Part shown: piece after piece, positions 15,592 to 27,599 of the stretch | Position numbering within the stretch: the stretch's first letter is position 1 | Layout of the letters: every line of letters begins with the position of its first letter | From: Octopus vulgaris | Lineage: Eukaryota | Length of the DNA: 64,000 bases | NCBI GenBank assembly: GCA_951406725.2 | Contig: OX597819.1 | Coordinates: forward strand, 17,298,001 to 17,362,000 | Direction: 5' to 3' | Made by a program: the position numbers and the translations under genes | Notes under the pieces: generated by a model | The model's database searches: none | The model's input: only the letters and a program-made list of their open reading frames with translations | What the model was told of the DNA's origin: nothing

Positions 15592-15689
15592 TTATAATAT
15601 ACTCTCTCAACAACTGCTTGTTGCTTGTCACTGTTTCAGCCTTTGTTTTATATTTGTTGGTGCGTCGGACAAAAGGCCGTATGGTATTC

Positions 15690-16880
15690 TATCTGGTTCT
15701 TTAAGTTCTGTGCTGAAACCTCGCCGAGGTCAACTTTGTCCTTCATCTGATCGATATCAATAGACATAGTAAAATCGATGACTTCGCGTGTGCGCTTCGA
15801 TCTTGGCTACTGGTCTTGCGTGCATAGTTTAGACACCATTACAAAGGGCCGTGGTGGCACAGTCGTTAGAGAGCAAGACAATATTTAGCTATGGTGAGAT
15901 GGCAGAATCGTTGGCAAAAATCAGGAGAAAAGGCTTTAGCGGCATTTCTTCCGACTCTGAGTTCAAGTGCCGCCAGGGTCAGTTTCGCCTTTCTTCCTTT
16001 CGGGGTCGATCAGATAAGTACTAGTTGGGCACTGGGGTTGATGTAATCGACTTAATCCGTCCCTCGAAATTGCTGGCCTTGTGCCAAAGTTTTTAATCAA
16101 CATTTAGTTATGGTCCTTTCGTTCTGAGTTCAAATGTGTCCGAGGTCAACTTTGTCTCTCAGACCTTCGGGGTCGATAAAATAATACATCGGCCAGTCAA
16201 TATAATCAATCAACAGAAGTCGATATAGTCAACAAATCTTGCCCTAAGCAAAAATACTGACCTTGTGCCTCTGTCAGAAACAATTGTTGTTATTATCAAG
16301 ATTGATATTTTGGCTGAAAAGCTGCTAAAGTTGGCTAATACCGCTTACAGTTTTAGTCGGAGAGAAGAAGTTGCGGATTTTCTGGTTCTTAACGTTGTGA
16401 GTTTGAATCCCGCCGAGGTCAGCTTTCCATTTCATCCTTTCCAGGTCGAGAAAATAATATACCAGTCAAGTCCCGGAGGTGATATAATCATTTATTCCCT
16501 TCAATCCAATTTGTTGCTTTTGCCTTTTGTTAGAAGCAGTTACTATTACAAAAGGGAAATGGATTAGCAGAAGCAACGCCGGGCGAAATGCTTAGCGGTA
16601 TTTCGTCTGCCGTTACGTTCTGAGTTCAAATTCCACCGAGGTCGACTTTGCCTTTCATCCTTTCGGAGTCGATAAATTAAGTACCAGTTACGTACTGGGG
16701 TCGATGTAACCGACTTAACCCGTTTGGTTCTCCTTGTTAGTTCTCTCTGTGTTTAGCCCCTTGTGGGTAGTAAAGAAATAGATTAGCAGAAGCGTTAGAG
16801 TCACACTATTTCGGCACTGAGTTCAGATCCTGCTTCGGCCAGTTCTGCATTTCATCTTTTCGGTGTCAAGAAAATTATGC
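15690..16880 (+). mobile_element. Cluster of at least five old family-A-like SINE fragments plus one young 5'-truncated copy (16575-16780)
   Basis: Repeated gccgaggtca.ctt..ctttcatcc cores near 15720, 15970, 16140, 16410 and 16830. The young copy has TSD gattagcagaagc at 16562-16574 and 16781-16793. Confidence 0.8.
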
Positions 16881-19309
16881 AGCAGTAAAATTCAGACGTT
16901 GTTATAATAAATTATTTCATTCTAATCTTTTGGCGTGTAATTCACGTTACAAACAATAGTAGCAGACCTCCTTGTAGATATAAAGTGCTATTTTGTGAGA
17001 AAAAAAATACACAGCTGTTTTTTTCTAGATTTCGGTAAAGTATTTGTCTGACACGAGATTTAATCTGAGACTGTGTTAAAACCAAACCAATAACAATCTG
17101 GAAGACGCAGCAGCCATTAAAAGACAAACATAATTTGTTGACTTGAACATTTATTATTTTTGTCAACATTTTCGTTGCACTAACTGCTACTTGGTAGCTG
17201 ACACGGTCCCAATCTCTTTAAAAAAAAAAATTTTTTTAAGTATTTACATTTATTTTTTTATTCTTTGACGAGTTATGCTTGCAGCCTTACAACAGATATT
17301 TCTCAATGATATTCTGCTTTTAAAACATGTCCATTCCCCATAAAAAAGGATATTTCTGTCGGTCCTTCGTTGTTGCACATAAAACATCATTATTCTTGTT
17401 TTATCTCTAGCTTTGCTAATTCAATTTGATTCAAGGTGAGGTTATATCTAAACCTTTTACCGGAACACCTGATGCATTGGCACTCATTATTTTGAGAATT
17501 TTACTAAATATTAATTCATCTTATATTCCTTCTTAATCTGAGAACGAAGCGCAGTGAGATACTAAATAACGATACACTGAGTTAAAAAGCTCTTGAACAA
17601 CAAACAAAAAAAAGGTGCAAATTTGCTTGCACGACATGGACAATGCATCTTCTGTAATCAAGACAGACATGCTAACAATTGCTTTAAAGTAACAACTCTT
17701 CCTTCTGTCAAATTAGTGACGCCTCACTCTTGATTACAGATGTGTTGTTCGGGTTACATCGGCAGCTTTCCTATTTTTTCTGTCCAAAGTTTCCCTTTTA
17801 ACCTAATGCATTATAATCATTAATAATCCATTTCTCCATGTTGCTGCGTTATAAACGTAATACATTTTGTCTCAGGTAAGACTGAGGTGTTTAATTTCTA
17901 TATTTACAGGTATGTCTACCTGAGCTACTCTAGGCTCATGGTTCGTATCTCACAAGCAATTTTCTGCTTGTGCTACATCGAAGGCATTTTTAATTCTATG
18001 TATTTCAATGTTTTATGGTTGATTTCGTTTGGCGATACATCCCTTCTTAAAGTTTAATTTCATTTGTCGATTTACTTTATTCATGAATTCTTTAGTCTTT
18101 CTCAGTCTCAATTTGTTCCTTATATTATCTCTGTTTATTTATCTAACATTTTACAAGTATTTTTCTAATAATTTTTCTAACTTTCGTCTAAAATTGGCGC
18201 GTTAGTCTAAACAGAATGTCATCCAAATTTTCCTATTGACTCTGGCTATTCTATGTAACAAGAGATCTGAGTTTTTTTTGTCAGGTGTAGCATAACTTTG
18301 AAAGTAACAATATTCTGGAGATAGGTGACTGTTATGCCATTGCCAACATAGCATAACATATCAATGAATAAGATAGCCAAGTGCCAGAAACTGAAGATTT
18401 CGATTTTACAAATCTACAAGCGTTGCGATACTTGTTTAGTAATTTTGCAACATCCCTTCACCCTAATTTTGCCTCAGAATTCCTTTAAGAATACACCTGT
18501 CTATGGAATACTCAATCATTTACAGACTAATTCGATGAGTAAGTGACTCAGTTAATCGAACATCTGAATCGCCGAACGAAGGAAAAGAATAAAAAAAACC
18601 ATTCAACCCTTCATCGCCTGAATGATCATTCGTCCGTTCCGCGTGAACTCCGACTAACAATCGGATGAATCACCCATTACATTCTAACCGTGGCCCTCAC
18701 GTAATTTCTGACACACAGGAAATCAGACACAGAAAATTATTTTTTATTACAACCATTACTTATTAGACGCGTTGAGTCTGATATGAGGGTTATTTGGCTA
18801 GTATTTCTAGCAGTGCAAACGTCTAAGTAGAGGTTCTTTCAATAGCTCGTTATGGCCACCCCTACACACACGCCATCACCCGTCTTTGGCTATTATCTGT
18901 TCTTATGTCCATCTAAGAAATACATTTTTATTAAACCGATAATGACCATGTTAAAAGCGATAATGTTAATCAGATTAAGTGTGAATATTGACCTGCAGGG
19001 GAAGACGGGGCTGGTCGTGGGGACAATGAAATATGATATGGATTAAGTATATGGCAGATTATGCCAGGAGAACGATGCACATTTATATACACACTCGTAC
19101 ATACGCATATATACACGCTGCTACACTTGTGCACACAATCATTATTATTATGCCCCCCTCCTCCTCCACCTACTACTACTACTACTACTACTACAACCAC
19201 CGCTACCACCATCACCACCACCACCACCACCACCACTACCACTACTTCAAGTAACTTATAGAAAAAACAAAAGAACAGATAGATAGATAGATAGATAGAT
19301 ATGGAGATG

Positions 19310-19366
<57 letters not shown>

Positions 19367-19634
19367 GGAGAGAGAGAATGGAGAAGCTTCCGCAGCCGCT
19401 CGACCCGCTAGAAAAAACTGCCAGTTAAACTGAAATCGCATACTATATTTTACAAAAGTAACGGGACACTGGTCAATAAAATAACGTGGGATGGTCACGG
19501 CTAAAATGTCTGCTTAGGATTAACAACAGAACAAGATTTTTCTCTCTGTCGTTGACTCTCTCAAACACTCATACACATACACACGTTCGCATACAAAGGT
19601 ACACATATGCATAGACAGTGACGTATATACTTTT

Positions 19635-20302
19635 CTACTCCCGGAAAGATGAAAAGCAAAGTCGACCTCGACAGAATTTGAACTCAGAACGTTAAGACAG
19701 ACGAAATATCTTTTTCTTTACTACCCACAAGAGGCTAAACACAGAGAAGACAAACAAGGACAGACAAACGGATTAAGTCGATTATATTGACCCCAGTTCG
19801 TAACTGGTACTTAATTTATCGACCCCAAAAGGATGAAAGACAAAGTCGACCCAGGCGGAATTTGAACTCAGAACCTAACGGCAGACGAAATACGGCTACG
19901 CATTTCGCCCGGTGTGCTAAAGTTTCTTATTTCTTTATTGCCCACAAGGGACAAAGAGGGATTAAGTCGATTACATCGTCCCCAGTGCGTAACTGGTACT
20001 TAATTTATCGACCCCAAAAGGATGAAAGGCAAAGTCGACCTCGGTGGAATTTGAACTCAGAACTTAGTGGCAGACGAAATACCTATTTCTTTACTACCCA
20101 CAAGGGGCTAAACACAGACCGGACCGACAGATTAAGTCGATTATATCTATTCCAGTGCGTAACTGGTACTTATTTAATCGACCCCGAAAGGATGAAAGGC
20201 AAAGTCGACCTCGGCGGAATTTGAACTCAGAACGTAGCGGCAGATGAAATACCGTTAAGTATTTCGCCCGGCATGCTAACGTTACTGCCAGCTCGCCGCC
20301 TT
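19635..20302 (-). mobile_element. Head-to-tail array of SINE family A (four units)
   Basis: Four copies of the aaagtcgacc..gaatttgaactcagaac core. Only the unit ending near 20300 has the full 5' head. Confidence 0.92.
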
Positions 20303-20482
20303 ATAGACAATGACGTATATTGATGTGTATATGTATTCGTTATGAGCATGTATGTATATATGTACGTATATATATATATGTGTGTGTGCGTGCGTGCGTG
20401 CGTGTGTGTGTATCTCTGTGTGTATGTGTGTATATACAAAGACACGCGCCCACACACACACATACACACGCACACACACACA

Positions 20483-20513
<31 letters not shown>

Positions 20514-20541
20514 CAAACATATGTATGTATATATATATATA

Positions 20542-20754
20542 TGAGGGGGTGCTGGAAAGTTCCTGATATTCGGTAAAAGAAAATACAAGAAAATCAGTTA
20601 ATTATGATTTTATTCAACATATTCGCCTCTCAGATTCACACACTGGTTGTAGTGGTCCTTCAGTTTTTCTAGGTCCTGTAAAAGAACTCGGAAGGCTGGG
20701 CCTCCAACCAGGCCTTTCGCGATAACCCTAAACGCCAGGAACATTTTTGTACGC

Positions 20755-20759
<5 letters not shown>
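20542..20759 (-). mobile_element. Mariner-derived MITE, about 220 bp
   Basis: Imperfect TIRs (tgagggggtgctggaaagttcctg and caggaacatttttgtacgctctcg), TA flanks, and the internal transposase C-terminus LEKLKDHYNQCVNLRGEYVE*. Confidence 0.8.
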
Positions 20760-20836
<77 letters not shown>

Positions 20837-21233
20837 ACAAATACACACACACACATTTCTATGTATATTTTATATATCAAGTCCAAGCGCGTTTATTACT
20901 TCATTTGCATCATTATTGCTCTCTCTCTCTCTCTCTTTCTCTCTCCTTCTTTATAATATATCTTTTTAAAGTTGGTTATGGTAGCGTTAAGGTTATGCAA
21001 ATAAGGCTCCTATTTCATTATGCCGGCTATCGTCAAATGATACAGACTAATGAGACAGTTTTTTTGTGGGTTGCATCATGGCTATACCGATACCAGGGTG
21101 GAATTTATAAACATTTAATACATCACTACGCGCGTTTCCACAAATCTCGTGATTTTAACATCAGAGTTGATATCCTTGGGATTAAAACAGTATAGTCCGT
21201 ATTATCCGTGGATATCATCATCATTATCATCAC

Positions 21234-21268
<35 letters not shown>

Positions 21269-21802
21269 CCACCACCACCACCACCACCACCACCACCATC
21301 ACAGACAGACCGTGTGCGTGTTTGTGTGTGTGTCTGTGTTTGTCTCGGCAAAATAACCGACAAAATAAGTAATAGGCTTACAAAGACTACGTCCTGGGGT
21401 CGATTTGTTTGACTGAAGGAGGTGCTCCAGCATGGCCAAAGTCAAATGAGTGAAATAAAAGAATATAAGTACACGTGCAAGGGAGATATCTATGTATCTT
21501 AAAGAATAGTTTTCGGAGATGATTTACAAGAAAGAAAAAAAATGAGGCAGAGGAAGGTTTAAGTGAGGCCGCTGCCGTTAGAGAAGTGTAAAAGTACAAG
21601 CACAAACTATCTGCAAACATAGAATGTGAGTAACGGCATTACGCGTCTGAAATCACCTTCCCGCAGCTGGTTAATAACAGCGGTGGGTGGGTGCTTATGC
21701 GCATACCTATAGAAGGATACATATATTTTGCGTATATACACATACTTGCACCCCCACACACACATACACACACATACAGATACACAACCATTCACCCAGC
21801 CG

Positions 21803-21883
<81 letters not shown>

Positions 21884-21885
<2 letters not shown>

Positions 21886-22390
21886 CGCCAAGCTAACATG
21901 GCAGTCCAGAAAAAAGGACGAATGCTGCCGTTGATTAGCTCCAAGAGGCCATCGCCTCTAGCTAGCTATGTGACACACGAGCCTGTGTCCATTATAACCT
22001 TCGAACAGGGAATTGCCATGTTAGCTTGGCGATAACTATTAATAGTTAGTCTCCTTTAGAGAGACTTAAAAATATTAATATTTCTATTTTTGAAAACCAA
22101 TGGATGTATTCCACTGAATTTAGGTAAATAATCCTTCGAACAGACGGCCAGTAGCGACACCTGCCTGGTTCGGCTGCTCTACATTGATAAGGGGCAAATA
22201 CCCTGAAACTAGTCTGTACATGCCAGACCGGCAAGGTGAAGCGGCTGACCTCCCTTGTTCGAAGGTTATAATGGACACAGGTTCGTGTGTCACATAGCTA
22301 GCTAGAGACGGCCTCTTGGATCCAATCAGCGGCAGCATTCTTCCTATTTTTCTGCACTGCCATGTTAGCTTGGCGATAACTATTAATATT
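21884..22390. mobile_element. Fold-back element with ~125-bp inverted arms enclosing a hammerhead motif (Penelope pLTR-like)
   Basis: 21884-22010 is the reverse complement of about 22250-22379. The terminal tgccatgttagcttggcgataactattaata is also directly repeated at about 22014-22044. The element is flanked by (TA)n. Confidence 0.75.
22158..22238 (+). ncRNA. Type I hammerhead ribozyme motif, U3-A8 core variant
   Basis: taca-TTGATAA-gggg caaata ccct-GAAA-ctag-TC-tgta, with extended stem I cacctgcc.ggtt.ggc / gcc.gaccggca.ggtg. Confidence 0.7.
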
Positions 22391-22392
22391 TC

Positions 22393-22443
<51 letters not shown>

Positions 22444-22679
22444 CTTTGCATTGGGACCTTGAAGACTGCTTTAATGCTAGAAAGTATACTAATCCCTTAA
22501 TATTTGATATTCAATATGTCATATATTCAATAAGGCAATCAATACTTCATTTCATTTTACACTATATATACTATTTATACTATTTATACTATATATTCTA
22601 TATTCTACATTAATGTCATAAAGAATATAAATAAAACATAAAAACCAGACAGAGTTGGAATTCCTTTGAATGATATATG

Positions 22680-22735
<56 letters not shown>

Positions 22736-23002
22736 CACATATATATATATGTGTATATATACACACGCATATATATGTATATGTGTGTGTGTGTGTATGT
22801 GTATATATTGCAGAAGTGAGTGACTCAAAATTAGAGAGTTTCGTGTGTTGGCACATACGTGTACATGTATCTACGCATCTATCTATGTCCCTCTCACCTT
22901 ATCTCTCCTTCTCTCTCTCTCACACACACACATATATATATATATGGGAAATTACGATGAGCACAATTATATATCAAACATATATATATAGATACACACA
23001 CA

Positions 23003-23060
<58 letters not shown>

Positions 23061-23156
23061 ACGGGAAGCTTTATGAAAATAGACAAAAGACGAAGGCAGG
23101 TGGAAAACAAACGAACAATTGTATTAGTATGGCGCTCAGGAAATATAAATAAAACA

Positions 23157-23197
23157 AGTCTTTAACGTTTCGAGCCTACGCTCTTCAACAGAAAGAT
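23157..23197 (-). ncRNA. Minimal hammerhead motif, CUGUUGA variant, in a ~250-bp (TA)n-flanked element (about 23061-23310)
   Basis: Minus strand tcttt-CTGTTGA-a gagc gtag gctc-GAAA-cg-TT-aaaga. Confidence 0.65.
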
Positions 23198-23366
23198 ACA
23201 CAGAGAGAAAAAAAAACACAGAAAGAAGGAGAGAAAAAAATGCGTGCAGTAGCTAACGAATCAACATGGCGATCTGATTTCGGCCAGAGGTCAAAGATCA
23301 AACATGATGTATATATATATATCCATACATACATATATATCCATCCAGGCATCCATCTATCCATCC

Positions 23367-23449
<83 letters not shown>

Positions 23450-23499
23450 TATTTGTGTCTATATGTAAACGTCATGGACATATATAATTAAATATATAG

Positions 23500-24362
23500 C
23501 CAGAAGTCCCTCTGTGCTAGTGGTCCTACAAAGGAATGGAGTCCTCTCCCCATTGGACAGTCAGAGGAATGTAAGTACTGCCACTAGAAAAAGAAGGAAA
23601 GAACACGAGCACAAACATAAAGCAGGAAAAGGAAAAGTTGAAATAAACTAAAACCGAAACCCCAAACCACCAAACAAAAACAGAAAACTCAAATATGGAG
23701 GCTCCAACGGAATCTAAAACCCCAGAGGAGAGAAGGAATTTGGAGTGAAATCAAGGACATGCAAATTTTACCTGCAAGGCAAATGTTGGCTTGGGGAAGA
23801 AGGTACAAACTGCCGGTTTGTTCACCCGAGACCCCGCCAAAACTACAGGGGCCTTAAGGAGAAATACTTCCCTGAGGAAAGGCACCAATCACCGCCAAAG
23901 AAAAACATGCAAAAGCTGTGCGCTCTTCAGATGTTATGCGCAAAGCAGCAGCTGAGCAAGTGTCTTTTTTGTGCATGGCGCAAAAGATTGACCTGACCAC
24001 ATCAAGCGCAAACAAGGAACCTTACCCCCCACTGCGCAAGATGACCACAATCAAGAGACACAGGATGACCTACTCTAACGTCTGCACAGTCGTTATACCA
24101 ATATTTTTACTAAAGATTGGGGGCCTGTTGCATCACAACAACAAAAGTAAAGTTTTTTCCTGAATGACCTTGCTGCATGCAGTCAAGCCCTTTGAATATC
24201 ACTCGTGGAAACTCATCGGAGCCCTGATACAGAGGATGCAGAAGTATACGTACCAAAATATACTATACTGCGAACAGACAGAAGGGTAAGGAACCATGGT
24301 GGAGTTGGTGTATACATCTGTGAAGACCTCATACCCCAGATCTTACTGTCATACTCAAATAT
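23500..24362 (+). pseudogene. Decayed CR1/L2-group LINE 5' part: CCCH zinc-finger ORF1 plus APE endonuclease start
   Basis: TCKFYLQGKCWLGEEGTNCRFVHP (C-x7-C-x8-C-x3-H), then LKIGGL, LVETH, YTILRTDR and HGGVGVYI, which are APE motifs. Confidence 0.8.
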
Positions 24363-25452
24363 ACAAACGAAGTGTAGATGCCAAAATATAGATATCTTTC
24401 TCGATACTATGAAAATGTTGATGCGGTTTTCGGCAGTTCTGTACATTAATTCGTGTAGACACAACTGTTTTAAGTTTGGTTGTAGAAATTAAATGAATTT
24501 ACATGGAATCGAACCGAGATATGATAACCCGAGTAAGAGTTAGAGAGTGAATAAAGATCGATTTAGTTGAAGCGGGATGTTAGAATGAAGGCCGGAATTA
24601 TTCATAAATGTTCGGTATAAGAAGTGAGATGTCACGAGAGAGTTTCAAAATAGTTACCTGTAAAAGGCAAAGCATTCAATTACTGCATGGGATAAAAGAT
24701 TACTTATGCAGAATAATATTTTTCTGGTGACAATAAAATTGAGTGGTTCGAAAATAAATGCACTATATGTCGGCAACGTAACATACCACTGATAGTGACA
24801 AGAAATAGAAGAAAAAAAAAAGAAAAGAAAAATAGTGATGTTCGAAAGTGGAACTGTCGTGTAAATATGATTTCATGAATTACTTGCTTTCTCTGCAGAG
24901 CATTAGAAAAGACTGAACCCCAAAGAGAACTGAATAAATTAAGGGGTGTGTTATCAGTATATGGTATTTTCCAGACAATCAGAGAAGTCACTTGAATCTA
25001 TTAATATACGGCAAGGTACATTCTTAATAATTGACTTGTTGATCTTGAGATTGTGATGTGTACCCCTAACATCCAGGCAACCAATATTATTCGGAAGTGC
25101 AATAGTATTTCCCTTTTTATTAAATTCTGTACGGCTACCTGTATATTATATTAACTTTGATTTTAAAGTTTTTTTCTGTCAGACAACTCTATCTTTATAT
25201 ACATGTATCTATGTGTGTATGCATGTATATATGTATGTATAAGTGTATGTGTGTGTGTTTAACTTCCTACCACTTGACAACCAATGTTGGATTGTTTAAG
25301 AGTCTGTAACTGAGCAGTTCGGCAAAATAATTTGATAAAATAAGCACCAGGTTAAAAGAGCTACTGGAATCCATTTTTTCGATTAGTCCTAAAACGCGGT
25401 GCTACGAATTATCTGTAGCTTAGTGATTGAAACAATTACACAAATATCTACA

Positions 25453-25486
<34 letters not shown>

Positions 25487-25491
25487 GCCTT

Positions 25492-25525
<34 letters not shown>

Positions 25526-25557
25526 TGATCGAAGCTTTCATGTGTTAACATGTACCT

Positions 25558-25756
25558 CCTTTCGACGATTGTATTTATTAAAGGGACTTTGGCGAACAAA
25601 ATATGAAAAAGTTCGGAATTACAGATGCCACAAAATTTTCTGCCCTTATCCGCACAGAATTTAATAAAGGGCAGAAAATTTTGTGGCATCTGTAATTCCG
25701 AACTTTTTCATATTTTGTTCGCCAAAGTCTCTTTAATAAATACAATCGTCGAAAGG
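25558..25756. repeat. Near-perfect inverted repeat with 90-bp arms and a 19-nt loop
   Basis: 25558-25647 pairs with 25667-25756 with one mismatch (G:T). Confidence 0.95.
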
Positions 25757-26357
25757 TCCTACAGGTGTTTACACTGGAAACGACACACCTTTCACTCATA
25801 CGAATAGTGACTAATATAGATAACCCCTCGATTTCCCAAAAAGTTTTGTTATATTTCACCCCAATAGTCAAAAGATTTTCTTATAATTCCAAGAACTACT
25901 ACCCATTCCAGCGTTGCCTCTCATCTCGCCCGACTCTTCCTCCTTTTCTCTCTCCACTTCCCTTTCTCTACAGTAAACACAATCGAACACACAGACACAG
26001 ACCTCTCACCTCACAGCTGTCAGTTTTCTGACATCTACCCATCCACAAACACAATCACGCATTCAAACACACACATACACACATTATGACAGTTATATAC
26101 AGTCACACACACAGGCACTCATTCATAAAAGAAATCAATTAAACCCACCATTCTTTTGACCTGCACCCTCTCACCTTACTATTCTTATGCCTCCCTCCTC
26201 CTACTTCGTTTGAACCCTTGAACCTTTAGATCCTTCTAGATTCTTCTACATTCAGCCACTCTGACGTCACTCCTTATAAACAGACACTCATTATCGCCAC
26301 GGGCTCCTTGAGAGCAGTCAGCTAAAAGTTTTTTTTGCATTTTGATGTCGACATAAG

Positions 26358-26456
26358 TTCCTTGCCTTTCCTGATGAGAAATCTGCATAATGTATTCCTT
26401 ATTCCTTCGGAATTAGGAATATGCAGCCTTCGAAACATATGTCGAAAATAAAGGAA
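26358..26456 (+). ncRNA. Type I hammerhead ribozyme, canonical core
   Basis: tttc-CTGATGA(26371-77)-long stem II (gaa..ctgcata..tattcct.attcc ttc ggaat.aggaatatgcag..ttc)-GAAA-catatg-TC-gaaa. Distal stem I is ttcctt/aaggaa. Predicted cleavage after C26443. Confidence 0.82.
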
Positions 26457-26650
26457 ATTTGTTAACAAGTCGTTCAACTCCATTCTTTCATAAACTTATA
26501 ATTTTAAAATAAACATACAAATTTCCGCACGAAAGCACGTAGTCTATGCCCTAGGGACGTAACTTCAATCGTGTTCTTTCTGATGTGAATTTGCTACCCA
26601 GGTATCGGTTATCTTTCGAATTATCCATAATAAGATAATTCATTCAACTA

Positions 26651-26705
<55 letters not shown>

Positions 26706-27017
26706 TTCTCATTTATTTATGGCTGGTTTTTTTTGTCACTGATGAGCTGAAAAGGATTTAATATCTCAAACAGTGAAATCTATAGTTATGGGACCATCCA
26801 AATTATTTAAAAATATCCATTCAGTCTATTTTCCTCACCTACAACCTTGTAGAAACTGGAATAATAGTCTAAGTGGTTTATAGGCCATTTGGGGGTCTAT
26901 TTCTAGCAGACTGTCATTCTCAATGTCCTTATTGTCATATTAATATGAATTAACCATTATAGTATTTTAGTCTGCTGGCCACTGATAAATCATTAAATAA
27001 CGTTATCCTAATTTATG

Positions 27018-27061
<44 letters not shown>

Positions 27062-27436
27062 CATACACACACATGCATACACAAATACGCATACATCCTG
27101 CGTATCTTCCAATCTCCATCTTCATTCGCTACCATTTATCACTCATTCTCTCAGCTACTCTTCCTGCTTCTTTCATTCTGTCGCTCACCTTCTCTCTACA
27201 TCCTGCTGAAACCGGAACTGATGCCATTCGTCTTATCCATGTTAGCCTAATAAGATAATCTGTAATCTTTACATCCTCCATTTACTTAGCTTATTCACCT
27301 AGACGTTCACACACACATCCCTTCACATCCACGCTCATATATCTTCATATGTATTTATTGATACGCATTTACTGTCTCACATAAATCTCCATCTTTCTCT
27401 TCCTCTCCACTGTCTTTCATTTCCTTCTGTCACCGT

Positions 27437-27530
<94 letters not shown>

Positions 27531-27599
27531 AATCAATTGCTTGCGTTCAAATAGTTTATTTGGTTTCTCAAGTGACAGAACCATATGACATACATATTT

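Noticed and set aside
17300-18360. Microsatellite-free stretch that could hide exons or an old retroelement (similarly 53350-53970 and 63300-64000)
   Set aside because: No long ORF or recognisable motif by eye. It needs BLASTX or RNA-seq.
19635-20302. Regularly spaced repeats suggestive of a CRISPR array (also 36103-36910)
   Set aside because: The units are whole SINE bodies with no unique spacers, in a eukaryotic context with no cas genes.
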